From Candidatus Aenigmatarchaeota archaeon (GTDB lineage: Archaea; Aenigmatarchaeota; Aenigmatarchaeia; JACPZZ01), in the NCBI GenBank assembly GCA_016202815.1, contig JACQNZ010000008.1:33932-97931 (forward strand): 64,000 nucleotides of DNA, in the 5' to 3' direction. The notes under the pieces were generated by a model, which was not told the origin of the DNA, searched no databases, and saw only the letters and a program-made list of their open reading frames with translations. The stretch's first letter is position 1. Every line of letters starts with the position of its first letter. Made by a program: the position numbers and the translations under genes. This document shows positions 38,281-46,954 of the stretch, piece by piece.

Positions 38281-38485
38281 GGGGTTGTCGTCCAACCAGG
38301 TAAGACAGCTGGCTCCAGTGCGGCAAACAGAAACAGATGCGTAGTAAGCTGAAGCATACCGATACACTATACGGTATGCTTCTAACTGCAAAGCATCTGT
38401 TTCGGTCTATTGTTGGAGCTAAGAGGCGAAATGCCGATGACCATGAAGATACCAGCCGATCAGGGTTCAAATCCCTGCAACCCCA
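38281..38485 (+). tRNA. tRNA-Trp(CCA) with 132-nt intron (38319-38450)
   Basis: Acceptor GGGGTTG/CAACCCC-A, anticodon arm GCTGG-CTCCAG|A-CCAGC, T-arm CAGGG-TTCAAAT-CCCTG. Confidence 0.95.
38325..38407 (+). repeat. Nested family-1 elements inside the tRNA-Trp intron (inner inverted 38347-38387)
   Basis: AAACAG-AAACAGATGC...GCATCTGTTT-CGGTC enclosing AGCTG-AAGCATACCG-loop-CGGTATGCTT-CTAACT. Confidence 0.85.
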
Positions 38486-38525
38486 ATTAATTTAACCTTT
38501 CGGCAAAGCGAAAAGAGGTAGTAAC

Positions 38526-38954
38526 TTGAGAGATCCCAATTGCATCTTCTGCAAAATAGTGGCTGGCGAAATACCGTCTAAGAAGATATACGAAGACGAA
38601 ACCACAATAGCATTCCTTGACATATATCCGGCCAATCCAGGCCACACCCTTGTGGTGGCGAAAGACCATTTTTCAACCATATTGGGCATTCCGGAAGACA
38701 ACCTTTACAATCTGTCAAAGGTCCTTAAGAAAGTCGCGTCATCGATCAGGGAATCGATGAATGCGGAAGGTTTGAACATATTGCAGTTCAACGGCTCGGT
38801 CGCCGGCCAGACCATACCGCACCTGCATTTTCATTTGATACCGCGTTCCAAGGATGACGGCCTTGGTTTTGCCTGGCCCCACAGGCAGCTCCCCGAAGAG
38901 GAGATGGAAGCAACGCGCAAAAAACTCGCGGAAAAGATGGGCTATCGAGGATAA
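38526..38954 (+). CDS. HIT family hydrolase
   Basis: CIFCKI, PGHTLV and HLHFHLIPR. Confidence 0.95.
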   Translation: MRDPNCIFCKIVAGEIPSKKIYEDETTIAFLDIYPANPGHTLVVAKDHFSTILGIPEDNLYNLSKVLKKVASSIRESMNAEGLNILQFNGSVAGQTIPHLHFHLIPRSKDDGLGFAWPHRQLPEEEMEATRKKLAEKMGYRG

Positions 38955-38992
38955 AAGCTCTTAATTCTTAAGATCAAAGATTAGTCATGGTA

Positions 38993-39090
38993 GACCGAAA
39001 CAGATTGATCCAAAATACAATCTGTTTCGTAGTCGACTGACACATAGATAAACCGAAACACATGCATACCAAAAGCGTGTGTTTCTAGCT
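38993..39090 (-). repeat. Tandem family-1 elements (38993-39034, half copy 39035-39049, 39051-39090) in tRNA-Gly leader
   Basis: GACCG-AAACAGATTG-loop-CAATCTGTTT-CGTAGTC and AACCG-AAACACATGC-ATACCAAAA-GCGTGTGTTT-CTAGCT. Confidence 0.8.
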
Positions 39091-39095
39091 ACAAC

Positions 39096-39238
39096 GCGGC
39101 GGTGGTCCAGCCTGGTAAGAGGCCTTTTTAAGGCCCAGGAAACACGAGCCTTCCAATGACCTTTTAGAAAGGTCAATCAAAATTTGGCCTTGGGCAGAGG
39201 GATAGCTCATAACCCGGGTTCAAATCCCGGCCGCCGCA
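39096..39238 (+). tRNA. tRNA-Gly(TCC) with two introns (D-arm ~39120-39141; anticodon 39156-39203)
   Basis: Acceptor GCGGCGG/CCGCCGC-A, T-arm CCGGG-TTCAAAT-CCCGG, loop CTTCCA|A. D-arm intron boundaries are approximate. Confidence 0.9.
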
Positions 39239-39281
39239 TTTAATACTTGAGGAAATTAACAGTCTTTAAGAGGCATTTAAG

Positions 39282-40040
39282 TTGTCGTCAAAAGAGATTC
39301 CGAAAAAGCTGATACTCGCCGTCTTGTCAGTCGTTTTCTTTACCTTTGCGCCGCTGGCCATAAACGCATACCTGATAACGCAGATCGGCGTGAAAAACAC
39401 GATCACGGGCATAATGGAAGGAGTTGCCGGAAAAACATTTGCAACAGGCCTTAAGGAAACCTGCGACAGGCAGAACGTGCTTACGTACCCGGAATGCGAA
39501 GCCCTTGCGCTGGACCAGTTGTGCTTGCAGTATGCCGGCGAGGCGTCATGCTCCGGTGTCGGCGCAAAAGGCAAGGATTATTTTGTAAATAACATCCTGC
39601 TTCCCGACGCGGTTTCTAAGATAAATGAAATGCAGATCCCCAACACAAGCGTCAAGGTCGGAGAGCTCGACGCGCTGGCTGGTAATTTGTTCGTCATTTC
39701 TGTCGCAATGACCCTGATATCGGTGATACTCATGATCATGATGATCGCGACACCGAAAGGCGTTTTGAAAACGATGGGCTCTAACATAGTCTTGGTGGGG
39801 TTGCCCATGTCCGCGTTGGCATACGCTGCAAACAGTGCGTTGCCGTCAGCGGTCTCGAAGATGGCAGGTGGGCTGGCGGACCAGCAAACGACGGAGATCC
39901 TAACAAGCGCCGTAGTATCGGGTATAAAGCCGTTTCTCGACGCCCAGATGCAGATAGGCGTCGTGCTTACCATCCTTGGACTGGTCGCGGTCGCGTCTTC
40001 GGGAATTTTTTTCGGTGAAAAGAAATTTTTGCGCAAATAG
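39282..40040 (+). CDS. Multi-pass membrane hypothetical protein
   Basis: About 4 hydrophobic segments. Confidence 0.7.
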   Translation: MSSKEIPKKLILAVLSVVFFTFAPLAINAYLITQIGVKNTITGIMEGVAGKTFATGLKETCDRQNVLTYPECEALALDQLCLQYAGEASCSGVGAKGKDYFVNNILLPDAVSKINEMQIPNTSVKVGELDALAGNLFVISVAMTLISVILMIMMIATPKGVLKTMGSNIVLVGLPMSALAYAANSALPSAVSKMAGGLADQQTTEILTSAVVSGIKPFLDAQMQIGVVLTILGLVAVASSGIFFGEKKFLRK

Positions 40041-40053
40041 TCCGGGTAATCCG

Positions 40054-40518
40054 ATGAACTCCAGCCTGCAGACTCTTTTGGATAAGTTGAAACGCGGCGG
40101 CGTTGAGTTCCGGTTAATCGACGAAAAAACCGCAATGATATCGAGCCGTGATGTCGAAAAAGTTTTCGCCGGCGATCCGAGGGAAATTTGGAAAACTTTG
40201 GTTTTAACAGACGAAAAGGAGTTCTTTGCGGCCTTCCTTTGTGGTCGCGACCGGTTGGACGTCAAAAAACTGGAAAAAGCCTTCGGCGTTAACAACATCA
40301 GAATGGCTAAAGCCAGGGAGTTGAGGGAGCGTCTGAAATTGCAGCCGGGCGAAGTCTGTCCGTTATCCATCAGCCTGCGGCTAGTTTGCGATTCGTCGGT
40401 AACGGGCTTTAAAAAAATCAATTTCGGTTCCGGCGATATGGAATATGGAATCGAAATGCGGGTTGACGATGTATTAAAGTTTCTGAAACCGGAAATTATG
40501 GATATCAGAGAGGATTGA
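40054..40518 (+). CDS. YbaK/EbsC (aminoacyl-tRNA editing-like) protein
   Basis: IWKTLV, PGEVCPL and FGSG; upstream of tyrS-serS. Confidence 0.85.
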   Translation: MNSSLQTLLDKLKRGGVEFRLIDEKTAMISSRDVEKVFAGDPREIWKTLVLTDEKEFFAAFLCGRDRLDVKKLEKAFGVNNIRMAKARELRERLKLQPGEVCPLSISLRLVCDSSVTGFKKINFGSGDMEYGIEMRVDDVLKFLKPEIMDIRED

Positions 40519-40519
40519 A

Positions 40520-41605
40520 ATGGACATCGAGACTAAGCTGGACCTTGCAAGGAAAGTTGGGGAAGAAATAGTTACAGAAGAAGAGCTCAGGAAGTTGTTT
40601 GAAACCAAGTCGCACCCGGTTGCTTACGACGGTTTCGAGCCTTCCGGTTATGCACACCTGGGATCCGGACTAATGCGCTCCATACAATTGCAGATTCTGA
40701 TGGACGCCGGGATACGGTTCAAGCTTTACGTGGCGGACTGGTTCGCATGGATAAACAACAAGATGGGCGGCAACCTGGAGAACATACAAAGGGCAGGCAA
40801 CTATTTGGTCGAGGTTTGGAAGGCGTGCGGCGTCGACGAAAAGAAGGCCGAGATAATTTGGGCTTCGGACCATGTCAAGGATCCCGAGTATTGGAAGAAG
40901 GTGGTTTCGGTCGCAAAAGTGACGACAATAGACCGCATGATAAGGTGCGGCGCCATAATGGGCCGCCGGCAGAAGGAAATGCAATACACTTCACAAGTTC
41001 TTTACCCTGCAATGCAGGCTGCTGACCCGTTCCACATGGGGGCGGACATCTGCCAGCTGGGGCTGGACCAGCGCAAAGTTATACTGCTCAGCAGGGAGGT
41101 GGGCGAGAAACTGAAGTGGTACAAACCCGTTGCTATTCATCACCATTTACTGATGGGTTTACAGGGTCCGAAAAAGATGGGCGGCTTTGAGGAGAACGAA
41201 AGGATGGACGAAGAAATAGCGAGCAAAATGGCCAAATCGGTTCCAAACAGCAGCATTTTCGTCCACGACACGCCGGAGGATATAAAGGGAAAAATAAGCT
41301 CGGCGTTCTGCCCTGAAAAAACCGTTACAGGCAATCCGGTGCTGGAAATGTCCAAGTACATAATATTCAACAGGCTGAAAAGTTTCGATGTGGAACGGCA
41401 GCAGAAATTCGGCGGCAGCGTTTCTTTTGGAACCTACGCCGAGCTGGAAAAATATTATTCCGAAGGCCTGTTGCATCCGTCGGATTTGAAAAGCGCTGTT
41501 GCCGGCTCGCTTATTGAAATATTGGAGCCTGTGAGGAAGCATTTCGACAAGCCTTCTGCCAGAAAGTTGATGGACGTTTTCAAGGAAGCCGAAATCACAA
41601 GGTGA
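40520..41605 (+). CDS. tyrS: Tyrosine--tRNA ligase (archaeal type)
   Basis: YDGFEPSG, YPAMQAAD, GLDQRK, KMAKS and LHPSDLK. Confidence 0.96.
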   Translation: MDIETKLDLARKVGEEIVTEEELRKLFETKSHPVAYDGFEPSGYAHLGSGLMRSIQLQILMDAGIRFKLYVADWFAWINNKMGGNLENIQRAGNYLVEVWKACGVDEKKAEIIWASDHVKDPEYWKKVVSVAKVTTIDRMIRCGAIMGRRQKEMQYTSQVLYPAMQAADPFHMGADICQLGLDQRKVILLSREVGEKLKWYKPVAIHHHLLMGLQGPKKMGGFEENERMDEEIASKMAKSVPNSSIFVHDTPEDIKGKISSAFCPEKTVTGNPVLEMSKYIIFNRLKSFDVERQQKFGGSVSFGTYAELEKYYSEGLLHPSDLKSAVAGSLIEILEPVRKHFDKPSARKLMDVFKEAEITR

Positions 41606-41609
41606 TTGC

Positions 41610-42887
41610 ATGATTGACATAAGGATGGTTCGTGAAAATCCGGAAGTTGTGAGGAACGACCTTACGAAACGGAACGACGTTGAAAAGCAAAAACTGCTGG
41701 AAAAAATAATCAAGGACGATGTTCGCCTTCGCGAGTTAACGCAGCAGGCGGACGAGTTAAAGCACAAGCGCAATGTCGTAACCGAGCAGATAGCGGAAAT
41801 GAAACGGAAGGCGCAGGACGCAGGCAGGAAAATAGCAGAGATGGTCAACGTCGCATCAACGATAAGGGCGTACGACCAGGAAATGGAGCGGATCAGGATC
41901 GAGCTCCAGGGCAATTTAATGCGGATGCCGAACATACTCCACGAGTCCGTTCCTGTCGGAGCAAACGAAGAAGGCAACGTGGTCGTAAAAAAATTCGGCG
42001 CGTCCAAAAAGAAAAAATTCCAGGTAAAGGACCACATGGATTTGGGCGTGGAATTGGGGCTGATAGATATAGAACGCGCGGCAAAAATTTCCGGCGCGAG
42101 GTTTTATTTTTTGAAAGGACAGCTTGCGGTCTTGGAGATGTCTCTGATGCGTTATGCAATCGACATCCTGGTGAAAAGGAAATTCCAGCCCGTGTTCCCG
42201 CCGTACCTTATGAAAACGGAAGCGTACAAAGGCGTCATAGAATTTGAGGCGTTTCAGGATGTCCTGTACAAGGTGGAAGGCGAGGATTTGCACATGATCT
42301 CGACATCCGAACATCCGTTGACGGCGATGCACATGAGCGAAACCTTGCTGAAAGGGAGCCTTCCCCTAAAATACGCCGGCTTCAGCGTCAACTTCCGGAA
42401 AGAAGCGGGCTCGCACGGCAAGGACACGAAAGGGATCTTCCGGGTTCATCAGTTCGGCAAGGTTGAGCAGGTCGTCATCTGCGACCCGTCGGAATCATGG
42501 AAATGGCACGAACAGCTTTTGAAAAATGCCGAGGACATAATAAAGCCGCTCAAAATCCCGTACCGTGTTGTTAATATCTGCACCGGTGATATAGGAACTG
42601 TGGCCGCGAAAAAATACGACATCGAAGCTTGGATGCCGGCCCAGGAAAAATACCGCGAAGTTGTGTCATGCTCAAACTGTACGGATTACCAGGCGCGCAG
42701 GCTTAATATCAAATTTCGCGACAAGGAGGGCTCCGCGCCAGCAGGCTTGGTTCATACGTTAAACTCAACAGCAGTTACGGACCGTGTTTTGGTCGCGATC
42801 ATGGAAAACTTCCAGAAAGCGGACGGGACGGTTGTAGTGCCAAGGCCGCTGGTAAAATATACGGGGTTCAGGGAGATAACGCAATGA
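41610..42887 (+). CDS. serS: Serine--tRNA ligase
   Basis: TSEHPL, FRKEAG, RVHQF and EVVSCSNCTDYQARRL. Confidence 0.97.
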   Translation: MIDIRMVRENPEVVRNDLTKRNDVEKQKLLEKIIKDDVRLRELTQQADELKHKRNVVTEQIAEMKRKAQDAGRKIAEMVNVASTIRAYDQEMERIRIELQGNLMRMPNILHESVPVGANEEGNVVVKKFGASKKKKFQVKDHMDLGVELGLIDIERAAKISGARFYFLKGQLAVLEMSLMRYAIDILVKRKFQPVFPPYLMKTEAYKGVIEFEAFQDVLYKVEGEDLHMISTSEHPLTAMHMSETLLKGSLPLKYAGFSVNFRKEAGSHGKDTKGIFRVHQFGKVEQVVICDPSESWKWHEQLLKNAEDIIKPLKIPYRVVNICTGDIGTVAAKKYDIEAWMPAQEKYREVVSCSNCTDYQARRLNIKFRDKEGSAPAGLVHTLNSTAVTDRVLVAIMENFQKADGTVVVPRPLVKYTGFREITQ

Positions 42888-43237
42888 TATTCGGATTCGA
42901 AGAGCTTACAATCGTGTTGCTGTTTGTTTTCGCGTTTTTCATACTCGCAGCTTACGCATTGCTGAAACTGGTAACAAAGATAATAGTCATTTCAATCTTG
43001 TCCATGGCGTTTCCTGCGGCGCTGGGCTATCTGGGATTGTACAACGGCCTGACACTGAACAACATGCTCATCTTCGGAATATTGGGTTCGTTCCTTTACA
43101 TCACGTACATTTTTGTGGACAAGCTTTTGTCTGCTGTGTGGCCTTTTTTTGAATCGAAAAAAGAAAAACCCGGCAAAGGCAGAAAGCAGCACCGAAAAAA
43201 ACCCAGAATGGACGACGAGGTTGAAATATCGGAGTAG
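42884..43237 (+). CDS. Small membrane protein
   Basis: 3 TM segments and a basic tail. Confidence 0.7.
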   Translation: MIFGFEELTIVLLFVFAFFILAAYALLKLVTKIIVISILSMAFPAALGYLGLYNGLTLNNMLIFGILGSFLYITYIFVDKLLSAVWPFFESKKEKPGKGRKQHRKKPRMDDEVEISE

Positions 43238-43596
43238 TAGTTTGACCACCTTTTTTAAATAATCCGACTCCAAAATATTGGAAGTGAGTTGATGCCGATC
43301 CAATTCAAAAGCCGTTAGTTGATATAGAATCGCCCAGATACAGGAACCTTCTCGTGTCGGTGGGCGGAAATACATACACGGGATTGCGCAACATTCCGGA
43401 CAGTATTCTAGGTGAGGTGCTTGGATTTGCGGACGAGCATGCGATTTCAGAAAACCCCTTTAGATGGAAGTCTTACGGTGATGCGGACAAAAAAGTTCCT
43501 TATGGGCAGGATCCGTTCATACACATAAAATATGAATCCCCGGGAAATTGGGATTACCCAATAGAATGGTACAAATTCGTAGAAAGCGTTAATTAA

Positions 43597-44262
43597 TTAC
43601 CCGTAGCTTACCGTCTTCCCGCCGCCTTTCACTTCCACATGGCTCGCGGTTCCGTCAACAACGATGCCTAGCGACCCGATGGAAACATCGCCGTTGAAAT
43701 TGGTTATTTTGGCATCCTCCCCAAGCAATGAAAGGGAATTGGTCGCGTTGTAAACCAGGTTGCCAGACGCCTTGCTGATCATTATCGTCCCGCCAGCGAC
43801 TTTTGAAAGCATGGCAGTGCCGGAAGTTAAATTACCCAATATCCTGACTTTTCTTTCGGACTTCAGCGTGATCGTGCCGGACGCAAAGCTTTTGGCCGCC
43901 CCCTCAAATCTTATCATCCCTTCTGTCGGGTCGTAGACTAACTTGCCGGAGTACGATTCGAAGACCATGTCTTCCAGCAACGACGGGTTGATCGTAATTT
44001 GCCTGTCGTCAAAAAGTACGGAAGCGCCGCTGGAATGCGAACTAACGCTTGCTACATCATCGACTTGGACAGTGAACGAAGACGACAGGGACCCGGCATC
44101 AAGTTTTACCGGAAATCCTGTTGTTCCGGATTTTGCCGGGGATATTGAAACGCCTGACAGGAAATCCTCCACATTGGATTTTATCACAGGCACGTTTTCT
44201 ACAACAAGCGCAAGCACAGCCACGCTAATCGCTATAGCGAGAACGTTTTTCGCGTCGGCCAT
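43597..44262 (-). CDS. Exported hypothetical protein
   Basis: N-terminal hydrophobic anchor; beta-rich. Confidence 0.65.
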   Translation of the reverse strand: MADAKNVLAIAISVAVLALVVENVPVIKSNVEDFLSGVSISPAKSGTTGFPVKLDAGSLSSSFTVQVDDVASVSSHSSGASVLFDDRQITINPSLLEDMVFESYSGKLVYDPTEGMIRFEGAAKSFASGTITLKSERKVRILGNLTSGTAMLSKVAGGTIMISKASGNLVYNATNSLSLLGEDAKITNFNGDVSIGSLGIVVDGTASHVEVKGGGKTVSYG

Positions 44263-44296
44263 GCTATTATTCATATTTTGCCATGTTATAAAAGTT

Positions 44297-44992
44297 ATGA
44301 TAAAAGTGCGCATTGTGTTAGTCGGCGTCGAAGGCGAGGAGAACATCGGTTACGTGGCAAGGGCGATGAGTAATTTCGGCTCCGGCGATTTGGCATTGGT
44401 CTGCCCGAAGGCTAAAATGACGGAAATCACGGCGCAGCGCGCGATGCGTGGTATTGAAGTTTTGAAAAGGGCAAAAACGTTCGGCAGCATAGAATCCGCT
44501 GTAAAAGGCTCGGAGCTGGTAATCGGAACAACGGGCAAAGTTTCGACAGAAAAAAACCTGCTCCGATCGCCGGCAACGCCAAAGCAACTCGCAAAAAACT
44601 TGGCTGGGCGCAATGGCACCGTTTCCATTCTGTTCGGCCGCGAAAGCAGCGGGCTAACAAACGAAGAGCTGGGGAAATGCCATATGACCGTTACGATACC
44701 GACCAGCCACGCAAACCCCGCGTTGAACATATCCAACGCTGTCGCGATAATATTGTACGAGTTGTCATCGGATAGCATGCGCGGCAAAACACTGCCTTCG
44801 ATGGAGGAGAAGGGCGTGCTTTACAGGTTTTTCGATAATCTGATCGGCAGAACCGGCGTGCAAAAAACGCGTGAGCGTGTTGTGAAGAAGGTTTTCCGCA
44901 ACATAGCCGAGCGTTCAACGATGTCCCGCGGCGAACTTTACACTCTGGCCGGCGCGTTCCGAAAAATCCTGAATAAGCTTAAAAACAAATAA
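44297..44992 (+). CDS. trmJ: TrmJ/SpoU RNA 2'-O-methyltransferase
   Basis: NIGYVARAMSNFG, LFGRESSGLTNEEL and LNISNAVAI. Confidence 0.9.
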   Translation: MIKVRIVLVGVEGEENIGYVARAMSNFGSGDLALVCPKAKMTEITAQRAMRGIEVLKRAKTFGSIESAVKGSELVIGTTGKVSTEKNLLRSPATPKQLAKNLAGRNGTVSILFGRESSGLTNEELGKCHMTVTIPTSHANPALNISNAVAIILYELSSDSMRGKTLPSMEEKGVLYRFFDNLIGRTGVQKTRERVVKKVFRNIAERSTMSRGELYTLAGAFRKILNKLKNK

Positions 44993-45016
44993 ACTAATAC
45001 ATACAGCGGTGCGATA

Positions 45017-46216
45017 ATGGCAGAAGACCCGTTTTCAGGCCTGTTTCTACTACTCTGGATATTCATGATTTTTTTCTATCCCCGGATGGCGCTGATGCAG
45101 ATCGTGTGGAAGCTTGAGGAGAGCGTTAAAAACCTCGAAGACATGTCGCGCAAGTCCAGGAAAATTGTGCTGAGCCACATATCAGGCAAGCCTTCGGAAA
45201 AGGCGAGAAACGCAGTCGACAGGATGGTCGAATTTTTTGCGGTCGAGCCCGTTTCGCTGGACCCGTACGGCCTTGTGCCGAAACTTGAACAGATCGTCAA
45301 CGCTGAAGAGGAAAAAATAAAATACACGGTGGAAGAAATAACGCCTGGCATGGACGCGGAAAAGCGCGCCAACATTCTAATGGGCGTGGCTGGCGCGATG
45401 TCCGTCAACCAGATAGCGAAAATCGTTAAGCATTTTCTGGTTACGATAAAAAAGACGAAGAACATACAGCTGGCAATGATTTTGCAGATGCAGCTGCCCA
45501 TGGTTGAGCGCATAGCGAAGGCCATGTTCAAAGGGACTGAATATCTGGCGGCAGGCCAGCCTGTGGGGGATTCAATCGGGCCTTTAATAGCGGCAAAAAT
45601 GATCGTCAACGCAAAGCCAAAAAGAACGGACCACGACATCGTTACTGCGGGCGTGAATTACCGGGGGAAAAAATTAATTGTCATGAAAGCTTCGGGCCCG
45701 GGCGGCCGCTTGGGCCGTCTTGGCCGCGCCACGGAAGACATTATCAAGTCTCATAAAATAACAAGGATCATAACAATTGACGCTGCGGCAAAGCTTGAGG
45801 GTGAAAAAACAGGCAGCGTGGCAGAAGGCGTCGGCGTCGCAATGGGTGGCATCGGCGTCGAGCGCGCCCAGATAGAAAACGTTGCGCTGCGGAACAGGAT
45901 AGCAATGGACAACATAGTGGTTAAAATGAGCCAGGAAGAGGCTATAACTGCCATGCCGTCGGCAGTGAAGCATTCAGTTCACAACGTGATGGAAGCCTTT
46001 GATCGCCTTCTGGAGAGGACGAAAAAGGGCGGCCATGTCCTGGTTATAGGCGTCGGCAATACATCCGGAGTCGGAAATTCCGCCAAAGACCTGAAAACCA
46101 CGCTTGAAACCATAGACAAAAACGCCAGGAAAGAAGAGGCTGAAAAGCGCAAAAGGCGCGAAGAAAGCAGGAAATTCTGGCACCGCGTTTTCGGCAACGG
46201 AGAGGAAGAGGAGTAG
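45017..46216 (+). CDS. DUF1512 family protein
   Basis: PVSLDPYG, GDSIGPL, IDAAAKLEGE and GVGNT. Confidence 0.88.
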   Translation: MAEDPFSGLFLLLWIFMIFFYPRMALMQIVWKLEESVKNLEDMSRKSRKIVLSHISGKPSEKARNAVDRMVEFFAVEPVSLDPYGLVPKLEQIVNAEEEKIKYTVEEITPGMDAEKRANILMGVAGAMSVNQIAKIVKHFLVTIKKTKNIQLAMILQMQLPMVERIAKAMFKGTEYLAAGQPVGDSIGPLIAAKMIVNAKPKRTDHDIVTAGVNYRGKKLIVMKASGPGGRLGRLGRATEDIIKSHKITRIITIDAAAKLEGEKTGSVAEGVGVAMGGIGVERAQIENVALRNRIAMDNIVVKMSQEEAITAMPSAVKHSVHNVMEAFDRLLERTKKGGHVLVIGVGNTSGVGNSAKDLKTTLETIDKNARKEEAEKRKRREESRKFWHRVFGNGEEEE

Positions 46217-46222
46217 GCGTTA

Positions 46223-46329
46223 ATTTGAAACAGTTGCGTACAAACTGGCAACTGTTTCTAAACTGGACGCATATGCTATCTGTATGCGTAACTGGAAGCA
46301 TACCGATACTTACACGGTATGCTTCAGTC
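46223..46329. repeat. Three stacked family-1 elements (46223-46260, 46261-46289, 46290-46329)
   Basis: AAACAGTTGC/GCAACTGTTT; AACTGG-ACGCATA..TATGCGT; AACTGG-AAGCATACCG..CGGTATGCTT-CAGTC. Confidence 0.85.
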
Positions 46330-46372
46330 GACTAAGAGCCTATTTAAATTGTTGCCCACAAACTACTGAAGG

Positions 46373-46400
46373 CAACCTTTTCGTAAAAGGTTGATCAAAA
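46373..46400 (+). repeat. Hairpin+ATCAAAA element (family 2) in rpl10e leader
   Basis: CAACCTTTT-CGT-AAAAGGTTG-ATCAAAA. Confidence 0.7.
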
Positions 46401-46412
46401 GGTGTTGCAGAC

Positions 46413-46931
46413 ATGACATTAAGGCCTGGAAGATGCTATTCGAAGTTTCAGAGACCGTACACAAGGATTTCCATACACGTACCCAGCAAAAGCTACGTTG
46501 TCGGTGTTCCGGCCGCAAAAATAACCCAGTTTGAAATGGGCACAAAAAAGAAGAATTTCCCGAAAGTCTTTCGCTTGGTTTCCACGCACCCTGTGCAGAT
46601 CCGCGACAACGCCCTTGAAGCGTCGCGCCAGGGAGCGAATAAACACCTTGAAAAAACGCTGACGTTGGAAAACTATTTTTTGAAGGTTTTAGTTTACCCG
46701 TATCAGGTTTTGCGTGAAAACTCGCTGGCTACGGGCGCGGGAGCGGATCGTTTCCAGGAAGGAATGAGAAAAAGTTTCGGAAAGCCTGTCGGAACAGCCG
46801 CCCGTGTTTTCAAAAACCAGCCGATTATGGAGTTGCGCGTTGCGAAGGGCAATGAAAAAGAGGCCAGGCGCGCCTTGGAGATAGCGTCAAAGAAAGTGTC
46901 CGGCCAGTGCAAAACAGTTGAAATCAGGTAA
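46413..46931 (+). CDS. rpl10e: 50S ribosomal protein L16/L10e
   Basis: RPGRCY, QIRDNALEASR and GADRFQEGMRKSFGKP. Confidence 0.96.
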   Translation: MTLRPGRCYSKFQRPYTRISIHVPSKSYVVGVPAAKITQFEMGTKKKNFPKVFRLVSTHPVQIRDNALEASRQGANKHLEKTLTLENYFLKVLVYPYQVLRENSLATGAGADRFQEGMRKSFGKPVGTAARVFKNQPIMELRVAKGNEKEARRALEIASKKVSGQCKTVEIR

Positions 46932-46954
46932 ACGCGTTATAAACTGAAGTTTTT

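Noticed and set aside
38108..38470. 120-aa minus-strand ORF
   Set aside because: It is antisense to tRNA-Thr and tRNA-Trp.
43354..43596. 80-aa ORF
   Set aside because: Uncertain start and no motif; possibly a remnant.
46223..46329. Possible mini CRISPR array
   Set aside because: The units are different palindromes with no identical direct repeats or spacers, and no cas genes are present.
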